From contig JACOXU010000001.1 in assembly GCA_016182185.1 (NCBI GenBank), positions 402,915 to 466,914 of the forward strand: a DNA stretch of 64,000 bases. The letters are read 5' to 3'. Shown piece after piece: positions 19,532 through 29,903 of the stretch (positions are counted from its first letter, which is position 1; each line of letters starts with the position of its first letter). The DNA is from Candidatus Levyibacteriota bacterium (GTDB lineage: Bacteria; Patescibacteriota; Microgenomatia; Levybacterales; UBA12049). The notes beneath the pieces were generated by a model. That model searched no databases. It had not been told where the DNA came from and saw only the letters and a list, made by a program, of their open reading frames with translations. The position numbers and the translations under genes were made by a program.

Positions 19532-19933
19532 TTATTTTTTTTCGGTCGTAATGCCCATTTTTGCGGCAACTTCCTTTTTAATTGCTCCGATTGTAACTCT
19601 TTTTCCTCTTTTTGTTCTTGCATTACTTCTGGTTCTTTGACCTCTTACAGGAAGGTTTCTTGCATGTCTCAATCCTCTGTATGAAGCAATTTCTCTGAGT
19701 CTTTTAACATTTGATGTTATCTCTGCACGAAGATCTCCTTCAATCTTATAGCCTTCGAGAACTTTCTGAATTCTCTTTTGTTCATCTTCAGACAAAGATT
19801 TTACCCGTTTTGAACCATCCACATCTGCCTTTTTGAGAACTTCAACTACATTACCTCTTCCTATTCCATATAGATAGGAAAGTGCAATATCAATTCTTTT
19901 CTCATCCGGTATGTTAATTCCTGAAATTCTCAT
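19532..19933 (-). CDS. rpsM: 30S ribosomal protein S13
   Basis: Starts MRISGINIP at 19933; YRGLRH..LPVRGQRTRSNAR. Confidence 0.96.
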   Translation of the reverse strand: MRISGINIPDEKRIDIALSYLYGIGRGNVVEVLKKADVDGSKRVKSLSEDEQKRIQKVLEGYKIEGDLRAEITSNVKRLREIASYRGLRHARNLPVRGQRTRSNARTKRGKRVTIGAIKKEVAAKMGITTEKK

Positions 19934-19937
19934 AATC

Positions 19938-20051
19938 TTATCCTTGTCTTTGCTTATGTCTAGGATTTTCGCACACAACGCGCAAAACTCCCCTTCGCTT
20001 AATAACTTTGCATTTCATGCATCTTGGTTTTACACTTGCTTGTACTTTCAT
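19938..20051 (-). CDS. rpmJ: 50S ribosomal protein L36 (not in ORF track)
   Basis: Manual translation [37 protein letters not shown]. Confidence 0.96.
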   Translation of the reverse strand: MKVQASVKPRCMKCKVIKRRGVLRVVCENPRHKQRQG

Positions 20052-20066
20052 ATTAGTTATTAGTTA

Positions 20067-20285
20067 TTACTTATAGCGATAAACTATTCTTCCTTTGGTC
20101 TTGTCATATGGGGTCATCTCCAGACGTACCCTGTCTCCCGGTAAAATTTTGATGAAATTCATTCTCATTTTACCTGACAAATGACAAAGAACTATCACTC
20201 CTTCATTAAGCTCTACTCTGAATAGAGTATTGGGTAAAGATTCTTTAACTATTCCATCTACTTCGAACGATCCTTGATGAGCCAT
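20067..20285 (-). CDS. infA: Translation initiation factor IF-1
   Basis: [25 protein letters not shown] and PYD..KGRI. Confidence 0.96.
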   Translation of the reverse strand: MAHQGSFEVDGIVKESLPNTLFRVELNEGVIVLCHLSGKMRMNFIKILPGDRVRLEMTPYDKTKGRIVYRYK

Positions 20286-20377
20286 AAAAATAAATTGCCA
20301 CATTGTTAACAATGCAACAATTTCTTAGAATTATAGCAAATTTACTCTCAAAGAACAACCTGTCTCTCAACGGTGAA

Positions 20378-21244
20378 CTATTTTGTCAAAATTACTGGCC
20401 CTTCTTTTGTGATAGCAATCGTTCTTTCAAAAAGACCTGAGATACTGCCGTCAGCTGTTTTAATTGTCCAGTTATCGTCCCTCGAAAGAATCACATCGCT
20501 TTTACCCATATTGTAAATTGCTTCAATTGCGATGGCCATCCCTTCAGAAAGTAAAGGTGTTTTGGCAACTTTTGATGTAAGAAATCCTGGAATTTCAGGC
20601 TCCTCATGTAGCTTTTTGCCTACTCCATGCCCAACGAGCGATCTAACCACGGAATAACCTTTACTCTCTATAATATTTTGAATTGTTTCTGAAATATTTC
20701 CAACTCTATTTCCTACCTTTGCCACCTTAATTGCTTCTCCGAGTGCTTTCTTTCCAGTCTGTAAAAATGTAATAAGTAAATCATAATTTTGGCGCGGGGA
20801 GCTTGCAAAATTTTTGCTGTGAGCATTTGCGCTAACTACCTTCTTGCTTTTCAAACCAAGATCACCCGCTTTGTGAACACGAAAATTTTCGGAAGCGACC
20901 TCAGCGTCAACTATTATTGTCTCTGCCATATCTGTATGAAATCCTTTGAAAAAAACTCCACAATCGATACCGACAATATCCCCATTTTTAAACTTATAAT
21001 TTGTTGGTATTCCATGAACAACCGCATTGTTTGTTGAGACACAAATTGAATATTTATAACCCTCGACTTTCTTAAAACCAGGTTCTGCGCCTTTTGATCT
21101 TATTAATTTTTCTGCCAGCTTATCAATCTCAATCTCAGAAACGCCTGGCTTAATATTTTGAAGAAGCTCAGATAAAACAGAGGCTAAAATTTCACCACCC
21201 TGCCTCATTTTTTTTATTTCTTCCTTGGATTTTAAATTAATCAT
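20378..21244 (-). CDS. map: Methionine aminopeptidase type I with about 40-aa insertion
   Basis: VVHGIP, DCGV..GFHTD, GHGVG..LHEEP, AIE and FERTIAIT motifs. Confidence 0.93.
   Translation of the reverse strand: MINLKSKEEIKKMRQGGEILASVLSELLQNIKPGVSEIEIDKLAEKLIRSKGAEPGFKKVEGYKYSICVSTNNAVVHGIPTNYKFKNGDIVGIDCGVFFKGFHTDMAETIIVDAEVASENFRVHKAGDLGLKSKKVVSANAHSKNFASSPRQNYDLLITFLQTGKKALGEAIKVAKVGNRVGNISETIQNIIESKGYSVVRSLVGHGVGKKLHEEPEIPGFLTSKVAKTPLLSEGMAIAIEAIYNMGKSDVILSRDDNWTIKTADGSISGLFERTIAITKEGPVILTK
20792..20907. repeat. Palindromic element inserted in frame within map
   Basis: Colinear with 6968-7079; encodes approximately DAEVASENFRVHKAG..KNFASSPR. Confidence 0.85.
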
Positions 21245-21920
21245 CTATAATTTTCCTTTCTTTTAATTCTTCCATGACTCTGTCAACAGTTTCTTCAATA
21301 GTCAAGTTTGTTGTATCAAGAACAAAAGCATCTTTCACAATGGTCAAAGGAGAAGCTTCTCTTTCCATATCAAGCATGTCCCTCCTTTGAGTATCACGCT
21401 TGACTTCTTCAATTGTTGTTTTTATTCCTTTTGCCAAAATCTGCTTTAATCTTCTTTGAGCTCGTACCTTAAGACCTGCAGTAAGGAAAATCTTAAGATC
21501 CGCATTAGGAATCACATCTGTGGCGCTGTCTCTTCCTTCGATGATTACTTTTCTCCCCTCTGCTACGTGCCTTTGTTTTTCGACCATCTGTCTTCTGACC
21601 TTAGCGTATGCTGCAATTATGGGCGTTGAATTGCTTACCTCTTTGGAAAAAATTTCATCAGAGACTTCCTTATCATTTAAATAAACACGGGTTCCATAGT
21701 CTGAAATTTTAAGATCTATTTTATTCCTGGAAAATACATCTAAGACTTGATCTTCTTTTCTCAAGTCAATTTTCTCTTGAAGACAGGAAAGAGTAAGGGC
21801 TCTATACATTCCTCCCGTATAAACATACAAAGCATTAAGTCTTTTTGATAAGGTAACTGCCAGAGTTCCCTTGCCGACTCCAACCGGCCCATCAATCGCT
21901 ATAGAAAAGTTTTTTTTCAT
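21237..21920 (-). CDS. cmk: Cytidylate kinase
   Basis: IAIDGP.GVGKGT, TGGMYRA, EGRD, KIFLTA and RD..D..R.ASPL. Confidence 0.9.
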   Translation of the reverse strand: MKKNFSIAIDGPVGVGKGTLAVTLSKRLNALYVYTGGMYRALTLSCLQEKIDLRKEDQVLDVFSRNKIDLKISDYGTRVYLNDKEVSDEIFSKEVSNSTPIIAAYAKVRRQMVEKQRHVAEGRKVIIEGRDSATDVIPNADLKIFLTAGLKVRAQRRLKQILAKGIKTTIEEVKRDTQRRDMLDMEREASPLTIVKDAFVLDTTNLTIEETVDRVMEELKERKIIDD

Positions 21921-22483
21921 ATCTTTTTAAAAAATTTATTTAATTTATTTTCAAAAGTTTTGTAATCAAGATTATTTTTTACTATAAAATCTGCTGCCTT
22001 TATACAAGCTGCAACTTGTAATCCTGTATCCTTTTGACCTAATCCTTGATCGCGGCGATCAATTTTTTTAAAAAGTTCAAATGTCAGTCTTTCACGTCTT
22101 TTTAGATTTTTCAACCTTTCGAACCTATTTTTTTTGCTTGATACGATGGCTATCAATATAAAATTCTTTATTTTTTTAAATTCTTTTACCTCTCCTTTAT
22201 TTCTTATGCCATCAACCACAGACTTTTTAATTCCTTTTTTCCCAAGATATTCAAGTGTTTTTTTTGCCAAAATACCAACGCCGTATCTCTTTCTCCATTC
22301 ATTGCCAATATCCTGCAATATCTTTCTGGTTATTTTTTGAAAGCCTCTTTTTCTAGCTTCCTCTTCAAGAAATGACGAGAGAATAATTTTCGTAAATCCT
22401 CTCCTTTCAAAAAAAGAGGAAGCCGCTGATTTCCCGCTTCCAAATCCTCCAGTTATCCCAATAATAAAAATTTTATTTCCCAA
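21917..22483 (-). CDS. P-loop kinase, archaeal UPF0200/dephospho-CoA kinase-like
   Basis: IGITGGFGSGKS, LQDIGNEWRK.YG, VVDGIR and ADFIVKNN. Confidence 0.7.
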   Translation of the reverse strand: MGNKIFIIGITGGFGSGKSAASSFFERRGFTKIILSSFLEEEARKRGFQKITRKILQDIGNEWRKRYGVGILAKKTLEYLGKKGIKKSVVDGIRNKGEVKEFKKIKNFILIAIVSSKKNRFERLKNLKRRERLTFELFKKIDRRDQGLGQKDTGLQVAACIKAADFIVKNNLDYKTFENKLNKFFKKI

Positions 22484-23018
22484 GTTTGGTCAGAATATCT
22501 TCGTGTATCTCTTCAATTGCCCTCTCGCCGTCTATTTCTATAAGAATTCCTTTTTTTCGGTAGTAGTCAAAAACGGGTTTTGTAAGTTTGTGAAAAAGTT
22601 CAATTCTCTTAGCAATGGCCGATGGCGTTTCGTCTTCCCGGACCCCATTATCTCCGTTTCGAAAACTTAGTCTTTTAAGAGCCTCCCCATCAGAAACTTT
22701 TAAATAGATAACTTTATCTGCTCCATCTTTAAAAAACTCAGCTTGCGCAATTGTTCTTGGAAACCCATCGATTATATAACCATTTTTATATTCCTGTCTT
22801 TTTAAATATTCATCAACTATTGCAACTGTTTTCTTGTCGGGTATAAGATAACCGGCATTCATGACTTCTTTTATATACCGGCCTATTTTTGTCTTTTCTT
22901 TTGCAAGTTCTCTAAAAATATGACCCGTGGAAAGATATGGAATTTTTAATTTCTCAGAAAGAAGATTTCCCTGTGTTGATTTTCCTGCGCCTTGAATCCC
23001 AATAAGAACTATTTTCAT
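22473..23018 (-). CDS. adk: Adenylate kinase (short LID)
   Basis: GIQGAGKSTQ, STGHIFR, DGFPRT and REDE; follows secY. Confidence 0.92.
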   Translation of the reverse strand: MKIVLIGIQGAGKSTQGNLLSEKLKIPYLSTGHIFRELAKEKTKIGRYIKEVMNAGYLIPDKKTVAIVDEYLKRQEYKNGYIIDGFPRTIAQAEFFKDGADKVIYLKVSDGEALKRLSFRNGDNGVREDETPSAIAKRIELFHKLTKPVFDYYRKKGILIEIDGERAIEEIHEDILTKLGK

Positions 23019-23022
23019 ATGA

Positions 23023-24309
23023 TTATTTGGCGTATGAGTCGTAATTTCGCATCACGAGCTGTGCCTCAATTGCCTTTATAGTCTCAAGTACGACAGAGAC
23101 GACGATCAGAATTCCAGTTCCCCCCAAAAGCAAATTGGGCACGTTTGTGAATGCTTGAGCTACTGTAGGAAGAATCGCAATAATACCCAAAAATATTGCC
23201 CCTACTAAAGTGATTCTCGTTAAGATGTAATTCAGGTATGACGCGGTAGGTGATCCAGGTCTTATTCCCGGAATAAATCCTCCATATTTTTGAATTTCAT
23301 CAGCTATTTTTTTGGGATTAAATATTACTGCCGTATAAAAATAAGTAAATCCTACTACAAGTAAAAAATATAAACCGTTGTATAATATTCCAGTTGGATT
23401 AAACCAAACAGCAATCGTTGAAGAGACGTTACGAAGCGCCACATTACTTGAGGCAGATAAATAATTTGCCACAAGAGAGGGCATGAGCACCAAAGATACT
23501 GCAAAAATAATTGGAATAACTCCTGCCTGATTAAGTCTTAAGGGAAGATGTGTAGACTGCCCCCCATACATCTTATTACCCCTGACTCTTTTTGCATAAT
23601 ATACGGCAATTTGTCTCGTTGCTTCATTTATAACAACTATTGATGCGATTACAATAGTTCCCATCACGGCAAAAATTATGGTGTTGGTAAAATTTTCGGG
23701 TGTCAAAGTCGACAGGGTTTGTCCAAATACCACAGGAACTCTGCCGACTATACCTGCAAAAATAAGAATCGATATTCCGTTTCCTATCCCTTTTTCTGAA
23801 ATTAACTCTCCAAACCACATAAGAAGAAGGGTTCCGGCAACCATGGTTATCATAAATGCTATGAGATTAAGAGGTTGCAAAACTGAGATTATATTTTGAT
23901 TTCGAAGAAGGGCATACATTCCGACCGCCTGGAGCCCTGCAAGGGGAACGGTAAGCATTCTCGTATATTGATTAATTTTTTGTCTTCCCGTCTCGCCTTC
24001 TTTTGCCAACTCTTCAAGCTTTGGAAACACTAATTGTAAAAGCTGAAGTATAATTGAGGCATTAATATATGGATTAAGTCCAAGAGCCATTACGGAAAAA
24101 TTCGAAAGGGTTCCACCTGAAAAAATATCTAAAAGTCCCAAAAATTGATTTTGTGAGAAAAGAATTTTAAGTTGTTCAAGGTTTACTCCGGGAACCGGGA
24201 TATGGGCGAAAACTCTGAAGACGACAAAGATAAGAGCTGTAAAAAGAAGTTTTTTTCTAACATCGGGTGTTTTTATGCTGTTTTTGAAAATTGAAAGAAT
24301 TCTTTCCAT
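23023..24309 (-). CDS. secY: Preprotein translocase SecY
   Basis: [29 protein letters not shown] and FIPGIRPG. Confidence 0.98.
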   Translation of the reverse strand: MERILSIFKNSIKTPDVRKKLLFTALIFVVFRVFAHIPVPGVNLEQLKILFSQNQFLGLLDIFSGGTLSNFSVMALGLNPYINASIILQLLQLVFPKLEELAKEGETGRQKINQYTRMLTVPLAGLQAVGMYALLRNQNIISVLQPLNLIAFMITMVAGTLLLMWFGELISEKGIGNGISILIFAGIVGRVPVVFGQTLSTLTPENFTNTIIFAVMGTIVIASIVVINEATRQIAVYYAKRVRGNKMYGGQSTHLPLRLNQAGVIPIIFAVSLVLMPSLVANYLSASSNVALRNVSSTIAVWFNPTGILYNGLYFLLVVGFTYFYTAVIFNPKKIADEIQKYGGFIPGIRPGSPTASYLNYILTRITLVGAIFLGIIAILPTVAQAFTNVPNLLLGGTGILIVVSVVLETIKAIEAQLVMRNYDSYAK

Positions 24310-24317
24310 TTTATTTT

Positions 24318-24764
24318 TTAATTAGCTGTCTCAATATGACCGCCAGCTTTTTTGACTTTTAAAGATGCGCCTTTTGATATGGGTAATTTAACCGTCAACG
24401 GTAAATTTAAGCTTCCTTCACCCAAAATCTTAACTCCATATATTTTAGCATCCTTTTCATCAACTATTCGATGACTAATTAGGGTCTTAAGATCAACTAC
24501 TGTATCTTTCTTAAGGGTATTAAGCACTTTAATATTGACAGCGATTGGTTTTTTCTTAAAAACTTTATTCTTACCTTTCCCTCGTCTAAAGGGTAGCCTT
24601 TTTATAAGAGGAAGGGCTCCGCCTTCGAAGGTGAGTGAAATTTTCCCTCTTGCTTTTTGCCCTTTTGTTCCGCGGCCTGCCGTTTTACCACGGCCTGACC
24701 CATGACCTTGACCCAGACGCCGTTTTTCCTTTTTAGTAATTTTACGAAGTTTATTAAGTTCCAT
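24318..24764 (-). CDS. rplO: 50S ribosomal protein L15
   Basis: [24 protein letters not shown] and FEGG. Confidence 0.96.
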   Translation of the reverse strand: MELNKLRKITKKEKRRLGQGHGSGRGKTAGRGTKGQKARGKISLTFEGGALPLIKRLPFRRGKGKNKVFKKKPIAVNIKVLNTLKKDTVVDLKTLISHRIVDEKDAKIYGVKILGEGSLNLPLTVKLPISKGASLKVKKAGGHIETAN

Positions 24765-24766
24765 AA

Positions 24767-25243
24767 TTAATCCTTTTCAACAATTTTTTTGTAACGCTTG
24801 GAAAGCTGCGTTAGTGCTTCAAGAGTTGCATATACGTTACTTGCTTGATTATTTGTTCCTAAAACTTTTGAAGAAATATTTTCAATTCCCGCCGCTGTAA
24901 CGACGCTTCTTACTGCACCGCCCGCGATAACTCCGCTTCCAGAGGGAGCAGGCTTAAGAAGTATTTTGGCTGCACCTAATTTAATGCTTGTCTTAAATGG
25001 AATAGTTCCTCTTATAATTGGGACCTCTATTAAATGTTTTTTGGCAGCTGCAATTCCTTTTTTTATGGCAAGAGAGACATCAGGTGCTTTTCCAAGCCCT
25101 ACTCCAACTTTTCCCCTCTTGTCTCCTACGACCATCAAAACCGAAAAACCGATCTTGTTTCCACCCTTTGTCTTTTTGGAAACTCTATTTACCTGAATAA
25201 TCTTCTCTTCAAACCCATTTTCTGTAAAATCTTGTTGTGCCAT
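24767..25243 (-). CDS. rpsE: 30S ribosomal protein S5
   Basis: RVSKKTKGG, VVGD..GKVG.G.GKA and GSGVIAGG. Confidence 0.96.
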   Translation of the reverse strand: MAQQDFTENGFEEKIIQVNRVSKKTKGGNKIGFSVLMVVGDKRGKVGVGLGKAPDVSLAIKKGIAAAKKHLIEVPIIRGTIPFKTSIKLGAAKILLKPAPSGSGVIAGGAVRSVVTAAGIENISSKVLGTNNQASNVYATLEALTQLSKRYKKIVEKD

Positions 25244-25590
25244 TAAAATACCAAACCTCCTTCCCTTGCTCCTTCAGCAAGTGCCTTTATTCTTCCATGA
25301 TATTTATAGCTTCCTCTATCAAAAATTACATTTTTAATTTTCTTTGCAGTTGCTTTCTTGGCAAGAAAAAGTCCCAAGATCTTCGCTTGATCGATCTTGC
25401 TACCTGATACCTTTTTGTCAATGTTTTTTTCAGATACTCCCAAAATCGTATCCCCCTTTTCATCATTAATAATTTGAGCATATATTAACTTATTAGACCT
25501 GAATACAGAAAGTCTAGGTCTTTGGCTAGTACCTTTTATTTTTGCTCTAATTCTCTTTTTTCGAATTTCCTTTCTTCCTAACATATTCAT
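25243..25590 (-). CDS. rplR: 50S ribosomal protein L18
   Basis: RPRLSVFRSN, FDRGSYKYHGR and AREGGL. Confidence 0.96.
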   Translation of the reverse strand: MNMLGRKEIRKKRIRAKIKGTSQRPRLSVFRSNKLIYAQIINDEKGDTILGVSEKNIDKKVSGSKIDQAKILGLFLAKKATAKKIKNVIFDRGSYKYHGRIKALAEGAREGGLVF

Positions 25591-26141
25591 TACTTTGTTC
25601 CTACGGCTTTTGCAGCTTTTCCTGCTTTTCTTCTTATCTTTTCGCCCTTGTATTTTATTCCCTTACCTTTATAGGGTTCGGGTGGTCGAATTGATCTTAT
25701 TTTAGACGCAATATCTCCAACTAGTGCCTTATCCATGCCAGAGATAATAATATTATTCTCGGCAACTGAGAGCTTGATCCCCTCAGGGGGAGTTATTTTA
25801 ACCGGGTGGGAGAAACCAAGATGAAGCGTTAGGTCAGCGCCTACAATTTGTGCTCTATATCCAACTCCTGAAAGCTCGAGTCTTTTCTCGAATCCCTCCG
25901 ATACTCCTATAACCATATTATTTATCATAGATCTAGTTAGACCATATAATGCCTTATTTTCTTCTTTATTCTTATTCTTTTGACTTATTTGAATCTTGTT
26001 TTCAGAAATATCTACGCTTACCCCATTTGGAATCTTAAATAAAAGTGAACCTTTAGGACCCGTAATTTTTACTTCATGCCCTTGTACTTGAGCAGATACT
26101 CCCTCCTTTACCGAAACAGGCTTTTTTCCGATTTTTGACAT
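25590..26141 (-). CDS. rplF: 50S ribosomal protein L6
   Basis: MSKIGK.P, GVGYRA, LGFSHP and PEPYKGKGI. Confidence 0.97.
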   Translation of the reverse strand: MSKIGKKPVSVKEGVSAQVQGHEVKITGPKGSLLFKIPNGVSVDISENKIQISQKNKNKEENKALYGLTRSMINNMVIGVSEGFEKRLELSGVGYRAQIVGADLTLHLGFSHPVKITPPEGIKLSVAENNIIISGMDKALVGDIASKIRSIRPPEPYKGKGIKYKGEKIRRKAGKAAKAVGTK

Positions 26142-26144
26142 AAT

Positions 26145-26537
26145 TTACCAGATCTTAAACAAGACCTCTCCTCCTATTCCTTTCTTGAATGCTTCATGCC
26201 CTGTCATTATCCCCTGACTGGTTGAAAGGATCATTGTATACATTCCTTTTTTCTGAGCATCTAAAATATTTTTCTTGGCATTATAAACTCTAAGAGAAGG
26301 TTTGGAAACAAGTTCAACATCAGTTAAGACTGGTATTCTGTTCTTGTATTTTATTTTTACCTGAAAGACTTTCTTGTTCCCCATTGTTTTTTCCTTTATT
26401 TCTTCTAGGAATCCTTCTTTTATTAATACTTTTGCGATGTCCTTATTAATATTTGCAAATGAAACCATTGTATCTTTTCGCCTGGCCAAGGCTGCATTTT
26501 TTATTCTTATAATAAAATCAGAAACTGTATGATTCAT
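26145..26537 (-). CDS. rpsH: 30S ribosomal protein S8
   Basis: IRIKNA, SKPSLRVY, STSQGIMT and GGEVL..W. Confidence 0.96.
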   Translation of the reverse strand: MNHTVSDFIIRIKNAALARRKDTMVSFANINKDIAKVLIKEGFLEEIKEKTMGNKKVFQVKIKYKNRIPVLTDVELVSKPSLRVYNAKKNILDAQKKGMYTMILSTSQGIMTGHEAFKKGIGGEVLFKIW

Positions 26538-26547
26538 AATTTATTTT

Positions 26548-26733
26548 TTACCAGGTAGACTTGATTACGCCTGGTAATTCCCCCTTTGATGCCAACTCTC
26601 GAAAACAAATTCTGCAAAGACCGAATCTTCTCATGTAGGAACGGGCTCTACCGCATAAATTACATCGGTTGCGGTGCCTTGTTGAGAATTTTTGTTTTTT
26701 CTTAAATTTGACTATGTCAGATACTTTAGCCAT
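26548..26733 (-). CDS. rpsN: 30S ribosomal protein S14, zinc-binding type
   Basis: 61 aa; RCNLCGR..LCRICFR and PGVIKSTW. Confidence 0.96.
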   Translation of the reverse strand: MAKVSDIVKFKKKQKFSTRHRNRCNLCGRARSYMRRFGLCRICFRELASKGELPGVIKSTW

Positions 26734-26735
26734 GT

Positions 26736-27296
26736 TTAATTTTTTACTCCTTTCTGAAACGGCATTCCAAGCGCTTGAAGAAGCGCATACCCTTCATCTT
26801 TATTTTTAGCCGTTGTAACAATAGTTATTTCAAGACCCTGTCCTATTAAAGCAGTGTCTATTTTACCTACGTCTATTTCCGGAAAAACACTTGAATCAGT
26901 AAATCCTAAGGTATAGTTGCCCATATTATCAAAACTTTCTTTTTTTACACCATGAAAATCCCTAAGTCTTGGCAGAACGACATTTACTAATTTTTCATAA
27001 AAATCATACATTCTATTTCCGCGCAACGTCACCATGAGCCCGATTTTATCTCCTTCCCTTAGTTTGAAGGTTGCTATTGATTTTCGGGCGGCTGTAACTT
27101 TCGGCTTCTGTCCGGTAATTTGTTCTAATGCGCCAAGGGCTACTTCAAGATTTTTTTTGTCTGCCAAAACGTTTCTTACTCCGACATTAATAACTATTTT
27201 TGAAAGAGAAGGTATTGCCTGTCTATTTGCAATTCCTAATTCTTTACTAAGTCTGGATAAAATTTCTTCTTTAAATTTTTTTTGCAAATTTGTCAT
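26736..27296 (-). CDS. rplE: 50S ribosomal protein L5
   Basis: [21 protein letters not shown] and FPEID. Confidence 0.97.
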   Translation of the reverse strand: MTNLQKKFKEEILSRLSKELGIANRQAIPSLSKIVINVGVRNVLADKKNLEVALGALEQITGQKPKVTAARKSIATFKLREGDKIGLMVTLRGNRMYDFYEKLVNVVLPRLRDFHGVKKESFDNMGNYTLGFTDSSVFPEIDVGKIDTALIGQGLEITIVTTAKNKDEGYALLQALGMPFQKGVKN

Positions 27297-27300
27297 AATT

Positions 27301-27606
27301 TTAAATTACCTGTTGGCATCTCCTGCATATTCTTATTTTTTCATTACCTTTCATATCAAATCCTACGCGGGCTGGTAAATGACATTTGGGGCATACTAGA
27401 ATTACATTTGCCAAAGCAATCGGTTTTGTCAAAGTGATTATCTCAGACGGCTGGCTTTGAGATCTTGCCTTTAAATGTCTTTTATACAGATTAACACCTG
27501 GAATGACCACCTTTTTGGTTTTGGAAAAAATTTTTTCTATTTTTCCGGTCTTTCCCTTATCTTTTCCTCTTATAATTTTGACTTCGTCGCCCTTTTTAAG
27601 CTTCAT
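27301..27606 (-). CDS. rplX: 50S ribosomal protein L24
   Basis: KKGDEV..I.GKDKGK.G KOW motif. Confidence 0.96.
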   Translation of the reverse strand: MKLKKGDEVKIIRGKDKGKTGKIEKIFSKTKKVVIPGVNLYKRHLKARSQSQPSEIITLTKPIALANVILVCPKCHLPARVGFDMKGNEKIRICRRCQQVI

Positions 27607-27610
27607 ATTT

Positions 27611-27985
27611 TTATAATACCTCCATAGCCATACTGGCTATTTTATTGAATCCCTTTTCCTTTACTTCTCTGGCAATTGGACCGAAAATTCTTGTTGCCCT
27701 TGGGTTTTTGTCTTTCATATTATCGATGACGACCGCTGCATTGTCGGAAAATCTGATATAAGAACCATCGTTTCTTCGCTGTTCTTTTCTTGCTCTTACC
27801 AAAACACATTTTACCATTTCTTTCTGTTTTACTTGACCATTGGGATTGGCCTCTTTTACAACACAATTTAACACATCGCCTATATGCCCAAATTTTCGTT
27901 TTGATCCGCCGTAAATATGAATAACCATTAGTCTTTTGGCTCCAGAGTTATCTGCTGATTTAAGAATTGTTCTATGCTGTATCAT
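27611..27985 (-). CDS. rplN: 50S ribosomal protein L14
   Basis: [20 protein letters not shown] and [10 protein letters not shown]. Confidence 0.97.
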   Translation of the reverse strand: MIQHRTILKSADNSGAKRLMVIHIYGGSKRKFGHIGDVLNCVVKEANPNGQVKQKEMVKCVLVRARKEQRRNDGSYIRFSDNAAVVIDNMKDKNPRATRIFGPIAREVKEKGFNKIASMAMEVL

Positions 27986-28218
27986 TATTTAACTTTCTCC
28001 AATATTCTGAAATGCTTATCCTTCGAGATTGGACGTGTTTCAGCAATTTTTACCGTATCTCCTATTGCAACGTCCAATTCTCCAACATCAGATTTGTATT
28101 TTTTGCCTCTCTTAAGAAGCTTTTTATACAAAGGGTGAGCAGTTCGGCGTGTCACTTCAACTACCGCTGTTTTATTCATCTTTACTGAAATAACTGTTCC
28201 TTTAAATATTTTTCGCAT
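27985..28218 (-). CDS. rpsQ: 30S ribosomal protein S17
   Basis: KMNKT.VV, HPLYKK and ETRPISK. Confidence 0.96.
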   Translation of the reverse strand: MRKIFKGTVISVKMNKTAVVEVTRRTAHPLYKKLLKRGKKYKSDVGELDVAIGDTVKIAETRPISKDKHFRILEKVK

Positions 28219-28420
28219 TTTTAAACAACTCCTTTTCTTTTAATAGTGTCAGGATTATTGCAATTTCTTTTTTCTTCCAAAAAACTGATCGTGTATTTTT
28301 AAGCTTTTTTTGTATAAGTTCTTGTTTTAACAAAAAAAGTTCGTCTCTTTTTTCTATTAGTAATGTTTTAAGTTCAGACGCTGTTTTTGCTGAAAATGTT
28401 TTCTTGTCTTTTATTTTCAT
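28202..28420 (-). CDS. rpmC: 50S ribosomal protein L29
   Basis: Position between rplP and rpsQ; LKNT...KKEIA.ILT. Confidence 0.85.
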   Translation of the reverse strand: MKIKDKKTFSAKTASELKTLLIEKRDELFLLKQELIQKKLKNTRSVFWKKKEIAIILTLLKEKELFKNAKNI

Positions 28421-28422
28421 AT

Positions 28423-28830
28423 TTATACCTTATCAATTATTCTCGTTTTTATCGGCAGTTTATGCGATGCCAATCTTAATGCATTATGAGCCGCATCCTT
28501 TGATACTCCTGCCATCTCAAATAACATTCTTCCCGGCAAAACCCTGGCTACAAATTCATGGACGTCGCCTTTTCCTCCGCCCATTCTTGTTTCCGCAGGT
28601 TTTTTGGTAATTGGCTTGTCAGGAAAAATCCGTATCCAGACTCTTCCTCCTCTTTGAATATAATGAGTTATGGCTCGTCTTGCTGCCTCGATTTGTCTGC
28701 TTGTAACCCAAGCTGTCCCCTCAGATAAAAGTCCGAATTCACCGAAAGAAAGCCTGTTGCCCCGATAAGCCTTGCCTTTCATTCTTCCTCTCTGTTGTTT
28801 TCGATATTTTGCTCTTTTAGGTACCAACAT
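28423..28830 (-). CDS. rplP: 50S ribosomal protein L16
   Basis: [22 protein letters not shown] and RMGGGKG. Confidence 0.97.
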   Translation of the reverse strand: MLVPKRAKYRKQQRGRMKGKAYRGNRLSFGEFGLLSEGTAWVTSRQIEAARRAITHYIQRGGRVWIRIFPDKPITKKPAETRMGGGKGDVHEFVARVLPGRMLFEMAGVSKDAAHNALRLASHKLPIKTRIIDKV

Positions 28831-28831
28831 A

Positions 28832-29476
28832 TTATTTTTCCCCTCTATTGATCCAAACTTTTACTCCTATGTAACCTTTCTTTGTCAACGCAGGAACACT
28901 GGCAAAATTAATGTTCTCTCTTATTGTTGAAAGAGGGACCTTGCCTTCTTGAAGTTTTTCCCGTCTGCCAATTTCGGCTCCTCCTATTCTTCCTGAAAGA
29001 ACAATTCTAACACCTTTTGCTCCCGATGACATAACTTTTGACACTGCCTGCAACATTACGCGTTTGTGAGGCAATCGCTTAATAAGTTGGTCTGAAATAT
29101 TTTTCGCAACCAAATATGCATCGAGGTTTGGCTCTTTAATTGGCTCAATCCTAATGTCTACTTTTGGTGAATTCTTGCCATTTTGTCTTTTTGCAAGAAT
29201 TGAAAACAAAAATTTCTTGAGCTCCTCCATGCCAGTTCCTGCTTTTCCGATTACCATTCCAGGGCGCATGACATAGATTGTAAGTTTTATATTGTTTATT
29301 GACCTTTCAATATCTATGGTTGACACACCGGCAGGACTTAATTTACTCATCAGTGCGCGGCGTAATTCAAAATCCTCAATCAGAGTATTTTTATAACCTT
29401 TGTCTTCATACCAGCGACTGCTCCAGTTAAAAACAGGTCCCAGTCTTATTAATTTTGGATTAACTTTTTGACCCAT
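28832..29476 (-). CDS. rpsC: 30S ribosomal protein S3
   Basis: MGQKVNP start at 29476; [19 protein letters not shown] and GVKVWI. Confidence 0.97.
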   Translation of the reverse strand: MGQKVNPKLIRLGPVFNWSSRWYEDKGYKNTLIEDFELRRALMSKLSPAGVSTIDIERSINNIKLTIYVMRPGMVIGKAGTGMEELKKFLFSILAKRQNGKNSPKVDIRIEPIKEPNLDAYLVAKNISDQLIKRLPHKRVMLQAVSKVMSSGAKGVRIVLSGRIGGAEIGRREKLQEGKVPLSTIRENINFASVPALTKKGYIGVKVWINRGEK

Positions 29477-29897
29477 CTTTTTCTCCTTTCGCTTCTTGTT
29501 TTTCATTTGTTTTCTTTAATTCTGTTTCTTTTTTTATTTGAGATTTGGAATTTGATATTTGAACTTTATCGTCCATAAGGACGATTCTTATATGACTCGT
29601 CCTCTTTTTATACGGATGTATTCTTCCGCGAGTTGAAGGATGATATCTCTTAAAGGCAGGGCCAGGACTTATTTCAATGCTTTTTACAATAAGATTTTCT
29701 TTCTTGGCACCCTTATTTATAGCATTAGCCAGAGCACTTTTAAGTGTTTTTTCAATAGCATCTCCCCCTCTTTTTCTTACTAAAATAAGAGAGTCAAGCC
29801 AAGCATCAACCGATTGTTTCCTGCGAAACGCATCGGCAACTAGACCTACTTTTCTAGGGGCTATTCGAACCCCCTTTGCTACTGCTATATATTCCAT
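29460..29897 (-). CDS. rplV: 50S ribosomal protein L22 with C-terminal extension
   Basis: RIAPRKV, LKSALANA and KRTSHI. Confidence 0.95.
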   Translation of the reverse strand: MEYIAVAKGVRIAPRKVGLVADAFRRKQSVDAWLDSLILVRKRGGDAIEKTLKSALANAINKGAKKENLIVKSIEISPGPAFKRYHPSTRGRIHPYKKRTSHIRIVLMDDKVQISNSKSQIKKETELKKTNEKQEAKGEKDGSKS

Positions 29898-29903
29898 AAT
29901 TCC

